In this document: piece by piece, positions 17,977 to 26,192 of the stretch
Position numbering within the stretch: the first letter of the stretch is position 1
Layout of the letters: each line of letters starts with the position of its first letter
NCBI GenBank assembly: GCA_964394425.1
Contig: CAYMXP010000001.1
Location: forward strand, 6,495-70,494
DNA: 64,000 nt
DNA from: an uncultured Chryseobacterium sp.
GTDB lineage: Bacteria; Bacteroidota; Bacteroidia; Flavobacteriales_F; PHOS-HE28
Direction: 5' to 3'
Program-made: the position numbers and the translations under genes
The notes under the pieces: generated by a model
Databases searched by the model: none
Seen by the model: the letters and a program-made list of their open reading frames with translations, nothing else
Told to the model about the DNA's origin: nothing

Positions 17977-19746
17977 ATGGCCTCCCCACTCAAACGCTGG
18001 CGGCTGAAGGCCGCGCCCGATCCCGCGGTGGTGGCCGCGCTGGCCCATGACCGCTGTCCGGAGCCGGCCGCGATCCTGCTGGCCCAGCGCGGGATCTCAT
18101 CGCCCGCCGAGGCCGGCGCGTTTTTCCGCCCGCAAGCCGCCCAATTGCACGACCCCTTCCTGATGCAAGGCATGCAACAGGCCGTGGAACGCATCGAGCG
18201 CGCGCTGGGCGATGGCGAGCGCATCATGGTGTATGGGGATTACGACGTGGATGGCACCACGGCGGTCGCGCTGGTCTATTCCTTTCTCAAGCGGTTCACC
18301 GGCAACCTCACGTTCTATATCCCCGATCGGTATGCTGAAGGCTATGGCATCAGCGATCGCGGCATCGATCACGCGGCGGCGGAGGGCGTGGGGCTGATCA
18401 TCGCGCTGGATTGCGGGATCAAATCGATCGACAAGGCGCGGCGGGCGGCTGGGAAGGGCATCGACCTGATCATCTGCGACCACCATCGCCCCGGGGATGA
18501 ACTGCCCCAGGCCACCGCGGTGCTCGATCCCCTGCGGCCCGATTGCGATTATCCATGCAAGGTGCTCAGCGGCTGCGGCATCGGCTTCAAGCTGGTGCAG
18601 GCCATCGCGCATCGCAACGGCATCGGCTTCTCCGATCTGGAGCCGTTGCTGGACCTGGTGGCGGTGAGCACCGCCTGCGACATCGTGCCCATCACCGGCG
18701 AGAACCGCGTGCTGGCGCACCTGGGCCTCAGGCAACTGAACGAACATCCGCGGCCGGGCATGAAGGCGATGATGAACATGGCCACGCTGCGCCGGCGCAT
18801 GCACGTCAACGACCTGGTCTTCGCCATCGGTCCGCGCATCAACGCGGCCGGCCGGATCGAGCATGGGCGGCAGGCCGTGGAGCTGCTGCTCTCGCACGAC
18901 CTCGCGCAGGCCGAACAGATCGGGCTGCGCATCGACGCGAACAACAGCACCCGGCAGGACCTGGACAAGGAGATCACCCGACAGGCCCTGGAAATGATCG
19001 ACGCCGACGATCGTTCGCGGGATGCATGGAGCACGGTGCTCTTCAACCGAGAATGGCACAAGGGAGTGATCGGCATCGTGGCTTCGCGGCTGGTCGACGT
19101 GCATTACCGGCCGACCATCGTCCTCACCGAAAGCCAGGGAAAGGCGGCCGGTTCGGCGCGATCGGTGAAGGGCTTCGACGTGTACCAGGCCATCAGCGCC
19201 TGCGGCGACCTGCTCGAACAGTTCGGCGGGCACATGTACGCGGCGGGTCTCACCCTGCCGCTGGAGAACGTGGAGGCTTTCCGCGCGCGCTTCGAGGGGA
19301 TCGTTCGCGAGACCCTCGGCGAGGAGCTGCGCACGCCCGAGGAAGAGGTGGACCTTGAGCTGCCGCTGGCCGTGGTGAACGACCGGCTGCTGAACATCGT
19401 GCAGCACATGGCTCCCTTCGGTCCGGGCAACATGCGGCCGGTCTTCCTTTCGCGCGGCCTGAAGGAGGCCGGCGGCGCGCGCATCGTGGGAGAGAACCAC
19501 CTGAAGCTGACCTTGTTCGATCCAGGCGACCCGCGCAGGAGGTTCGATGCCATCGCCTTCCGCCAGGGGCATCACCTGGATCTGGTACGCGGCGGCGGGC
19601 CCTTCAGCGCGCTCTACGTGCTGGAGGAGAACGAATGGCAGGGTCGTAAGAGCCTCCAGCTGAACATCAAGGACATCAAGGTCGGCACGAATGGGATCCT
19701 GGCGAACGAGCCGGCGGTGAGCGAGGGCGAACGGATCACCGCGTGA
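17977..19746 (+). CDS. recJ: single-stranded-DNA-specific exonuclease RecJ
   Basis: 589 aa from ATG 17977 (track ORF opens at 17701). DHH-family motifs VYGDYDVDGTTA, IALDCG, ICDHH, GGHMYAAG. Confidence 0.93.
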   Translation: MASPLKRWRLKAAPDPAVVAALAHDRCPEPAAILLAQRGISSPAEAGAFFRPQAAQLHDPFLMQGMQQAVERIERALGDGERIMVYGDYDVDGTTAVALVYSFLKRFTGNLTFYIPDRYAEGYGISDRGIDHAAAEGVGLIIALDCGIKSIDKARRAAGKGIDLIICDHHRPGDELPQATAVLDPLRPDCDYPCKVLSGCGIGFKLVQAIAHRNGIGFSDLEPLLDLVAVSTACDIVPITGENRVLAHLGLRQLNEHPRPGMKAMMNMATLRRRMHVNDLVFAIGPRINAAGRIEHGRQAVELLLSHDLAQAEQIGLRIDANNSTRQDLDKEITRQALEMIDADDRSRDAWSTVLFNREWHKGVIGIVASRLVDVHYRPTIVLTESQGKAAGSARSVKGFDVYQAISACGDLLEQFGGHMYAAGLTLPLENVEAFRARFEGIVRETLGEELRTPEEEVDLELPLAVVNDRLLNIVQHMAPFGPGNMRPVFLSRGLKEAGGARIVGENHLKLTLFDPGDPRRRFDAIAFRQGHHLDLVRGGGPFSALYVLEENEWQGRKSLQLNIKDIKVGTNGILANEPAVSEGERITA

Positions 19747-19840
19747 ACCCCGGTGCACGCCTCGGGCGAACGATCCCTCGATCGCGATCGAACCCCGGCG
19801 GATCGCACCGGTCCTATTTTGGCTTCCGCAACGGTCGATC

Positions 19841-21418
19841 ATGGAGCTCAAGACCCGCACCCTGTTGATCCTGGCCCTGGCGACCCGCGGGCCATCGCAC
19901 GCGCAAACGCCCACCTGGGCGGATGACGTGGCCTGCATCGTGTACAGCCATTGCACCACCTGCCACCGCGACGGCGGCGCGGGCCCGTTCGCACTGGAAA
20001 CCTACGCCCAGGCCTTCGTCAAGCGCGATGACATCCAGGACGTGACGGGGGTGCGCTACATGCCGCCCTGGCCGCCCGATGAGGGATACGTGAGCATGGC
20101 GCACGAACGCGTGCTCACGCAGGAGGAGATCGACATCATCGCGGCATGGGCCGATGGCGGCGGACCCGAAGGCGATCCCGGCAACGCCCCCGATCCACCG
20201 GTGTTCACCAGCGGCTGGGTGATCAGTGCGCCCGACATCACCGTGAAGATGGCCGACTACACCATCCCAGCCATCAGCGAGGACCTCTACCGCGCCTTCG
20301 TGCTCCCCAGCGGCAACACAACGGACCAGTTCATCACCGGGTTCGAGGTGATCCCAGGCAACAGCGAGGTGGTGCATCACGTGCTGGTGTTCCAGGACAC
20401 CACCGGCCAGGCGCAGGCCCTTGACGATGCCGACCCCGATCCGGGGTACACCGCATTCGGCGGCATCGGCGTGGATGACCCCAAATTGATCGGCTTCTGG
20501 GTGCCGGGCTCACAACCCCATTTCACCCCACCGGGCATGGGCATGCGCCTTTATGCGGGCGCGGACATCGTCATCCAGGTGCATTACCCGGAAGATGCCG
20601 ATGCGGAGCTGGACAGCACGCGGGTGAATTTCCAGCTGGATCCCAACCCCTTCCTGCGCGGCCTCTCGATCGACGCGGTCCTGGAGCACACCTTGACGAT
20701 GACCGACGGTCCGCTGATCATCGCGCCCAACACGGTGCGGACCTTCCACAACCAGTTCACCATACCCATTCCCACCACCATCACCGCCGTCGCTCCACAC
20801 GGCCACCTGATCTGCGTCGCCATGAAGTCGTGGGCCGTGACCCCGACGAACGACACCATCCCGCTCATTGACATCCCTGATTGGGACTTCCACTGGCAGG
20901 GGCTGTACGAGTTCCGGCATCCGATCTACCTGCCCGCGGGATCAACGTTGTACGGCGAAGCCACCTACGACAACACGTCCGCCAATCCGCACAACCCGAA
21001 CGATCCCCCGCAATGGGTCTTTCTCGGCGAAGCGACCACCGATGAGATGATGCTCTTCTTCTTCGCGTGGACCTGGGGCTTTCCGTCCGACACCAACATC
21101 GTGATCGACGTCAGCCCGCATGCTGCGCACCACGAGGGCTGCACCACGAGCTTTCCCATCGGAATGAGTGGAACGATCGATCCGGACGATGTGCGCCTGT
21201 GGCCATCGCCTGCCGGGGATGTGCTGAACGTAGAGCTCCTGTCTGGTCCATCGGACATGCTTCTGCATGATGCATCGGGGCGGGTGGCCCTGCGCAAGAG
21301 GCTGGCCAACGGGATGAACAGCGTGGCGGTCGGCGCACTTTCGCGCGGTGCCTACATGGTCGAGATCCGCTCGCGCAGTGGCACCCCGCTCCTTCGATGC
21401 AGCATCGTGTTGGAATGA
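19841..21418 (+). CDS. secreted copper type-II ascorbate-dependent-monooxygenase-like (PHM/DBH-like) protein with N-terminal CXXCH motif, T9SS cargo
   Basis: 525 aa. Signal peptide ...PSHA|Q. CTTCH at nt 19952-19966. PHM-like ligand pattern HHVLVF, VIQVHYP, PHGHLICVAM, TTDEMMLFF. C-terminal T9SS CTD (LWPSPAGDVLNVEL...GAYMVEIRS...SIVLE). Confidence 0.75.
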   Translation: MELKTRTLLILALATRGPSHAQTPTWADDVACIVYSHCTTCHRDGGAGPFALETYAQAFVKRDDIQDVTGVRYMPPWPPDEGYVSMAHERVLTQEEIDIIAAWADGGGPEGDPGNAPDPPVFTSGWVISAPDITVKMADYTIPAISEDLYRAFVLPSGNTTDQFITGFEVIPGNSEVVHHVLVFQDTTGQAQALDDADPDPGYTAFGGIGVDDPKLIGFWVPGSQPHFTPPGMGMRLYAGADIVIQVHYPEDADAELDSTRVNFQLDPNPFLRGLSIDAVLEHTLTMTDGPLIIAPNTVRTFHNQFTIPIPTTITAVAPHGHLICVAMKSWAVTPTNDTIPLIDIPDWDFHWQGLYEFRHPIYLPAGSTLYGEATYDNTSANPHNPNDPPQWVFLGEATTDEMMLFFFAWTWGFPSDTNIVIDVSPHAAHHEGCTTSFPIGMSGTIDPDDVRLWPSPAGDVLNVELLSGPSDMLLHDASGRVALRKRLANGMNSVAVGALSRGAYMVEIRSRSGTPLLRCSIVLE

Positions 21419-21864
21419 TCGAGCCCTTCGGCGACGAGCACTGGATGCGGCATGCGCTGCGTGAAGCGGAACAGGCCTTCGCGCAGGATGAAGTACCCAT
21501 CGGCGCGGTGGTCGTGTGCCGCGACCGCATCATCGGCCGGGGGCACAACCTGACGGAACGATTGAACGACGTGACCGCTCACGCGGAGATGCAGGCGATC
21601 ACCGCTGCGGCTGAGTTCCTCGGAGGCAAATACCTGCACGAATGCACGCTTTACGTGACCGTGGAGCCCTGCCCGATGTGCGCGGGCGCCACGCACTGGG
21701 CGCACCTGGGCCGGCTGGTCTTCGGCGCCTTCGATGAGAAGATGGGTTACCGCCGCATCGGCAACCTGCTGCTGCACGTGAAGACGAAGGTCACCGGCGG
21801 CATTCTGGAGCCGGAGTGCGCGGACCTGATGAAGGCTTTTTTCAGGAAGAAGCGGACGCTATAG
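21415..21864 (+). CDS. tadA: tRNA adenosine(34) deaminase
   Basis: 149 aa from ATG 21415 (ATGA overlap with the upstream stop). Zinc motifs HAEMQAI and PCPMCAGA. Confidence 0.92.
   Translation: MIEPFGDEHWMRHALREAEQAFAQDEVPIGAVVVCRDRIIGRGHNLTERLNDVTAHAEMQAITAAAEFLGGKYLHECTLYVTVEPCPMCAGATHWAHLGRLVFGAFDEKMGYRRIGNLLLHVKTKVTGGILEPECADLMKAFFRKKRTL
21835..21864 (+). repeat. direct-repeat copy 1 (functional tadA 3' end)
   Basis: gcttttttcaggaagaagcggacgctatag (AFFRKKRTL*). 23/30 identical to 22869-22898. Confidence 0.6.
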
Positions 21865-21906
21865 GCAGCGTTTGTCAAGGTTGAAGCATCACGGAATTGG
21901 AACCAC

Positions 21907-22836
21907 ATGAAGAAGATTCTCAACCTACTTCTGACTTTGAGCACATCGATGAGCCTTCATGCGCAAAGCACTGACCATTACTTGTACTTTGAACCATTCG
22001 CTGGTGGAGCGGATATCAGTTTGGACTCGATTTATCCCGGGGGTATCTGGCAAGTAGGCGCACCCGACAAACCGGCCTTCAACATTGCACCATCCCCACC
22101 GAATGCCCTTGTCACCGATACCGCAGCCCCATATGCGATCGACACGACGGCATATGCAGAGTTCCATGTTCCGGTTTTCTTTTTCGGCGAATGGATAACA
22201 GTAGAGTACAATCACCGGATGGATGCCGATAGCGGCGCGGCATATGGCTGGATCGAGTATTTCGAGCCCTACCTGGGCGAGTGGAAGATCGTGAAGGATG
22301 ATGATCCCCTGCCTCAAGGGTTCATCACCGCATCATGCCCTCAAGCAATGCCTACTGACAGTGGCTGGATCTATACTGGAGGCGATGCCACAATGCAGTT
22401 CGATAGTGTGACATTTTGGTGTATTGGAGTGCTACAAGGTGACTTGTATCGCGCCGGTGGTAATGACACGCTTCGATTACGATTTGCCTTCAAGGGGATG
22501 GCCAACACAACTGGTCGCGATGGCTGGATGATCGATAACGTGCTCATCAAGAACTATGGATGCGGAGGCGGGATTGGAGAGAACATAACTGGAGTACTGG
22601 AAGTATCGCCAAATCCAGCTGATCAGGTCATCTTCGTCACAGCCAATGTTCCTATCGGCGAAGAAGCATCCGTCGAGATCTTTCGCTCGGATGGAGCGTC
22701 CATTTATGGTTACAAGACGCAGTATCTCGGGTCATTCCAGCTCGACCTGAGGCAGTACTTGTCTGGCCCTTACATGTTACGCATCACCACCGACGACGCC
22801 CAAATCAGCCAGCGGATCATCATTCAGCATTGGTAG
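21907..22836 (+). CDS. hypothetical T9SS cargo protein on a low-GC cassette
   Basis: 309 aa. Signal peptide ...MSLHA|Q. C-terminal T9SS CTD (LEVSPNPADQVIFV...GPYMLRITTDD...IIIQHW). Sampled 60-nt lines are about 42-47% GC, against about 65% in the flanks. Confidence 0.8.
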   Translation: MKKILNLLLTLSTSMSLHAQSTDHYLYFEPFAGGADISLDSIYPGGIWQVGAPDKPAFNIAPSPPNALVTDTAAPYAIDTTAYAEFHVPVFFFGEWITVEYNHRMDADSGAAYGWIEYFEPYLGEWKIVKDDDPLPQGFITASCPQAMPTDSGWIYTGGDATMQFDSVTFWCIGVLQGDLYRAGGNDTLRLRFAFKGMANTTGRDGWMIDNVLIKNYGCGGGIGENITGVLEVSPNPADQVIFVTANVPIGEEASVEIFRSDGASIYGYKTQYLGSFQLDLRQYLSGPYMLRITTDDAQISQRIIIQHW

Positions 22837-22868
22837 ACGAACAGATCATGGTGGTCATCTGGTCTTCG

Positions 22869-22898
22869 GTGTTCTTCAAGAAGAAACGGGCGCTTTAG
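22869..22898 (+). repeat. direct-repeat copy 2 (orphan tadA-3'-end-like remnant)
   Basis: gtgttcttcaagaagaaacgggcgctttag reads VFFKKKRAL*. Overlaps the stop codon of the convergent gene 22895-23299. Confidence 0.55.
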
Positions 22899-23299
22899 GC
22901 CTTCCTCCTTTTTCCCCCGGCCTTGCGGACTTTCCGTTCCTCCTCGAGCGCCTTGTTCACCCGCACCGCTTCATCGATCAGGCGCCGCAAGGCTCCTTCG
23001 TCCAGACGCGCCGGTGGCAACGGCGGCAGGTAGTGCCTGACCTGGGTATGATCGGTACGCGCGAAGAGCCCTTCAGCATCGGTCATATGAACCCCGTTGC
23101 AAAAGCCGACCACGAGCCCCACCTTCTGCATCGCGAGGTAGATCAGCCAGCCGTGGTGCAGGTAGAAGATCGCACTGTCGAACATCCACTGCTCATGCAT
23201 GCCCGGCGCGGCTTCCAAGATCAACTCGCGGATCCGCAACGCCCGATCGCGCCATACGTCCGGCAGCGCATCGAACCACGCGTCCACCTTCTTCGCCAT
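22895..23299 (-). CDS. DUF1801-like (YdhG-like) domain protein
   Basis: 134 aa. MAKKVDAWFDALPDVWRDRALRIRELILEAAPGMHEQW... resembles the DUF1801 family. Assignment is from memory only. Confidence 0.6.
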   Translation of the reverse strand: MAKKVDAWFDALPDVWRDRALRIRELILEAAPGMHEQWMFDSAIFYLHHGWLIYLAMQKVGLVVGFCNGVHMTDAEGLFARTDHTQVRHYLPPLPPARLDEGALRRLIDEAVRVNKALEEERKVRKAGGKRRKA

Positions 23300-23339
23300 C
23301 GGGCTTAATGTAGCTGAACGCTCCGCCCTCGCCGCCCGC

Positions 23340-23347
23340 TACCTTTG
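23340..23347 (+). promoter_or_regulatory. Bacteroidetes-type -7 promoter box
   Basis: TACCTTTG is a perfect match to the TAnnTTTG consensus, 53 nt upstream of ATG 23400. Confidence 0.45.
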
Positions 23348-23361
23348 CGGCCGAACGGCAC

Positions 23362-23396
23362 ACTGCCAACTGCCAACTACCAACTGCAAACTCTCC
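23362..23396 (+). repeat. tandem heptamer repeat in the 5' leader
   Basis: actgcca actgcca actacca actgcaa actctcc: five head-to-tail 7-mers ending 4 nt before the start codon. Confidence 0.8.
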
Positions 23397-23399
23397 CTC

Positions 23400-23813
23400 A
23401 TGTACCCTCCCGAATTCGTCGCCCCGATGAAGGCGGACCTCACCACCGCCGGATTCGAGGAACTCAAGACCCCCGAACAGGTCGACCAGGCCCTGTCCTC
23501 CACCGGTACCGTGCTCTGCATGGTGAACAGCGTTTGCGGCTGTGCCGCCGGTGCCGCCCGCCCCGGTGTGAAATTGTCGCTGCAAGGAACCGCCAAACGT
23601 CCTGGGAAACTGGTGACGGTGTTCGCCGGGGTGGACTTCGAGGCCGTGACCCAGGCCCGGCAGCATTTCCTGCCCTATCCGCCCAGCAGCCCCAGCATCG
23701 CCCTGCTCAAGGACGGCAAGCTGGTCCACTTCGTGGAGCGCCACCACATCGAAGGGAGGACGGCCGAGATGATCGCCGACCACCTGAAGATGGCGTACGA
23801 GGAGTACTGCTGA
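23400..23813 (+). CDS. BrxA/BrxB-family bacilliredoxin (DUF1094)
   Basis: 137 aa from ATG 23400 (track ORF opens at 23199). MYPPEFVAPMKADLTTAGFEEL... and redox motif VNSVCGCAAG. Confidence 0.85.
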   Translation: MYPPEFVAPMKADLTTAGFEELKTPEQVDQALSSTGTVLCMVNSVCGCAAGAARPGVKLSLQGTAKRPGKLVTVFAGVDFEAVTQARQHFLPYPPSSPSIALLKDGKLVHFVERHHIEGRTAEMIADHLKMAYEEYC

Positions 23814-23828
23814 TCATTCTCTTGTCGC

Positions 23829-23962
23829 CGTCATCGCGAGGCTTCGCGCGCATTTGGCGCGAGCCGAAGCGATCTCATGCGCTCTTGGGATCTTGACGAA
23901 GCTCAAAGCAACAGGGATCGCTTCGGACTTCCTCGAAGACCCGGAAGATCCTCGCGATGACG
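23829..23962. repeat. nested inverted-repeat element between convergent genes
   Basis: Outer 13-bp perfect inverted repeat cgtcatcgcgagg (23829-23841) / cctcgcgatgacg (23950-23962). Inner 11-bp inverted repeat ccgaagcgatc (23864-23874) / gatcgcttcgg (23916-23926). Confidence 0.8.
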
Positions 23963-23963
23963 A

Positions 23964-24938
23964 TCACTTGTACCCGACCCGCTTCCGCACCCGGTCCAGC
24001 GTGCGCGTGGCCACCTGCCTTGCCTTGCCGGCACCCACCTTCAGTTGCCGGTCCAGTTCGGCCTTGTCGTTCATCAGGCGGGCGAACTCCGCGCGCTCCC
24101 GGGCGAAGCCATCGAGCAGGGCCGCGAGCAGTTCCTTCTTGGCGTGGCCGTAACCGTAACCGCCCTTGCGGTAGTTCCGTCGCATGGCCTCCACGGCATC
24201 AGCGGCGCCCACGAGTGAGAACAGCCTGAAGGTGTTGTCGCTCTGCGGATCCTTGGGCGCCTCCAACGGCGTGCTGTCGCTCACGATGCCCATCACCTGC
24301 TTCTTCAGCGACGCCTCGGGGGCGAACAGGTCGATCGTGTTGTTGTAGCTCTTGCTCATCTTCTGGCCGTCGGTGCCCGGCACCACCATCACCGCTTCGC
24401 TGATCACGGCCTCCGGCACCACGAAGGTGTCCTCCCCGTACTGCCGGTTGAAGGCCTCGGCGATGTCGCGCGCGATCTCCAGATGCTGCTTCTGGTCCCT
24501 GCCCACGGGGACCACGTGCGCATCGTACAGCACGATGTCGGCCGTCATCAGCACGGGATAATAGAACAGGCCCGCGTTCACCTCGCTCAACCGGTCGCTC
24601 TTGTCCTTGAAGCTGTGCGCGTTGGCCAGCATGGGGTAGGGTGTGAGGCAGCCCAGGTACCAGGTGAGCTCGGTCACTTCAGGCACGTCGCTCTGGCGGT
24701 AGAAGGTGGTCTTGTGCAGGTCCAGGCCGCAGGCCAGCCATGCCGCCGCCACCGCGTAGGTGTTCTCCCGCAAGGCCTTGGGATCGCGCACGGCGGTGAA
24801 GCTGTGCAGGTCGGCGATGAAGAGGAAGGAGTCGTTGGCCGGATCGGCGCTCATGGCGATGGCCGGGCGGATGGCGCCCAGCACGTTGCCCAGGTGCGGC
24901 ACGCCGGTGCTCTGTATGCCGGTAAGGATGCGGGCCAT
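23964..24938 (-). CDS. trpS: tryptophan--tRNA ligase
   Basis: 324 aa. GIQSTGVPHLGN (HIGH-type motif) and GQKMSKS (KMSKS motif). Confidence 0.95.
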   Translation of the reverse strand: MARILTGIQSTGVPHLGNVLGAIRPAIAMSADPANDSFLFIADLHSFTAVRDPKALRENTYAVAAAWLACGLDLHKTTFYRQSDVPEVTELTWYLGCLTPYPMLANAHSFKDKSDRLSEVNAGLFYYPVLMTADIVLYDAHVVPVGRDQKQHLEIARDIAEAFNRQYGEDTFVVPEAVISEAVMVVPGTDGQKMSKSYNNTIDLFAPEASLKKQVMGIVSDSTPLEAPKDPQSDNTFRLFSLVGAADAVEAMRRNYRKGGYGYGHAKKELLAALLDGFARERAEFARLMNDKAELDRQLKVGAGKARQVATRTLDRVRKRVGYK

Positions 24939-25006
24939 GGCGGAAGCGCGGCGAAAGTAGCCGCCCCGCCCGCTTGGACCGGACTACATTCGCGCCTCTT
25001 TTTCGG

Positions 25007-25843
25007 ATGCGTAGTCAGGAACGAACAGCCCATGTGCATCGCGACGCGCCGCTGATCCCCGACGGGGAGAGCGCACGCCTACCGCTGTTCCGATGGCTCT
25101 TCGCGCCCCTGCGCTTCGCCTTCAAGTTGTGGTTCGGGCTGGTCTTCTTTCTCACGCTCGCCATCCTGTATCTGCCCTTCAAGCTGATGCTCAAAAGGCC
25201 CGGTCGCTATCGCCGGGCCTTCCGCCTGAAGCGGGCCATGGGCTGGGCCCTGCTCCGCTTCGGCTGGATGCCGCCGCGCGTCGAGCGCCGGTCGCCCCTG
25301 CCCAGGCCGCCTTACATCGCCTGCAGCAATCACGGCAGCTACATCGACATCCCGCAGATGTACAACGTGCTGCCCGACTACTTCCTCTTCATGGGCAAGT
25401 ACGAGCTGTTGAAGTGGCCGCTGCTGAAGATCTTCTTCAAGGGCATGGACATCGCCGTGAACCGGGGCAGCCACGTGGAAGCGGCGAAGGCCTTCCGACG
25501 TGCCGCGCAGGCGATCGACGAGGGCGCCTGCATCGCGATCTTCCCCGAGGGCACCATCCCGCATTTCGCACCGCGGATGAAGAACTTCAAGGACGGCGCG
25601 TTCAAGCTGGCCATCGAGAAGCAGGTGCCCATCGTGCCCATCACCTTCGTGAACCACTGGAAGGTTTTCGGCGATCCGCAGGACCTGCTCAGCCGCGGCC
25701 GGCCCGGCGTGACGCGCGTGATCGTGCATGCGCCCGTGGATACGCGCGGCCTCGGCGATGCCGATCTGGTAGGTTTGCGCCACAAGGTCTTCGACGCCAT
25801 CCAGGCCCCGCTGCTGGAGGCCTACGCCACCGATCGCCGATGA
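25007..25843 (+). CDS. 1-acyl-sn-glycerol-3-phosphate acyltransferase-family protein
   Basis: Acyltransferase motifs NHGSYIDI (HX4D) and FPEGT. Start set at ATG 25007, which has a TACATTCG -7-like box at 24984-24991. The track ORF opens at TTG 24974. Confidence 0.82.
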   Translation: MRSQERTAHVHRDAPLIPDGESARLPLFRWLFAPLRFAFKLWFGLVFFLTLAILYLPFKLMLKRPGRYRRAFRLKRAMGWALLRFGWMPPRVERRSPLPRPPYIACSNHGSYIDIPQMYNVLPDYFLFMGKYELLKWPLLKIFFKGMDIAVNRGSHVEAAKAFRRAAQAIDEGACIAIFPEGTIPHFAPRMKNFKDGAFKLAIEKQVPIVPITFVNHWKVFGDPQDLLSRGRPGVTRVIVHAPVDTRGLGDADLVGLRHKVFDAIQAPLLEAYATDRR

Positions 25844-26142
25844 AGCTCGACGAGGCCACCCTGGACCGCATCGCCGAACTGGCGCGGCTCGACGTGAGCG
25901 ACCCCGCCGCGCGCGCCCAACTGCTCAAGGACATGCAGCGGGTGATCGACTTCGTGGAGAAGCTCAACGAGATCGACACCACCGGCGTGGAGCCGCTGAT
26001 CTTCATGACCGACGAGGAGAACGTGCTGCGCGAGGATGTCGTGCGACCCGAGGAGATCATTCCCAAGAAGGAAGCCCTGATGAACGCTCCGGTGAAGGAC
26101 AGCGACTACTTCAAGGTGCCGAAGGTGGTGGAGAAGGGGTGA
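25840..26142 (+). CDS. gatC: Asp/Glu-tRNA amidotransferase subunit C
   Basis: 100 aa from ATG 25840 (ATGA overlap with the upstream stop). MKLDEATLDRIAELARLDV...VIDFVEKLNEIDT is a typical GatC. Confidence 0.88.
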   Translation: MKLDEATLDRIAELARLDVSDPAARAQLLKDMQRVIDFVEKLNEIDTTGVEPLIFMTDEENVLREDVVRPEEIIPKKEALMNAPVKDSDYFKVPKVVEKG

Positions 26143-26192
26143 TCCAGGAGCGCATATGCCGCGATGGATCCGAATGCGTTCCGGTGCGCAGC

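Noticed and set aside
19743-19830. Terminator after recJ (direct repeat gaaccccgg x2, ccggtgc/gcaccgg arms, T-tract)
   Set aside because: The pairing options are short (4-7 bp) with a very large loop. This is not convincing without folding energies.
18097-19959. 620-aa minus-strand ORF
   Set aside because: It is an antisense shadow of recJ; the DHH motifs are on the plus strand.
21865-22868. Mobile-element genes (integrase, transposase, recombinase) associated with the low-GC cassette, and likewise around 32017-34509
   Set aside because: No ORF with recombinase-like motifs is present on either strand. I report only the compositional shift and the flanking duplication.
24974-25006. TTG start for the acyltransferase gene (as in the ORF track)
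   Set aside because: A -7-like box (TACATTCG, 24984-24991) and a T-rich tract lie inside this extension. ATG 25007 is preferred, though not proven.
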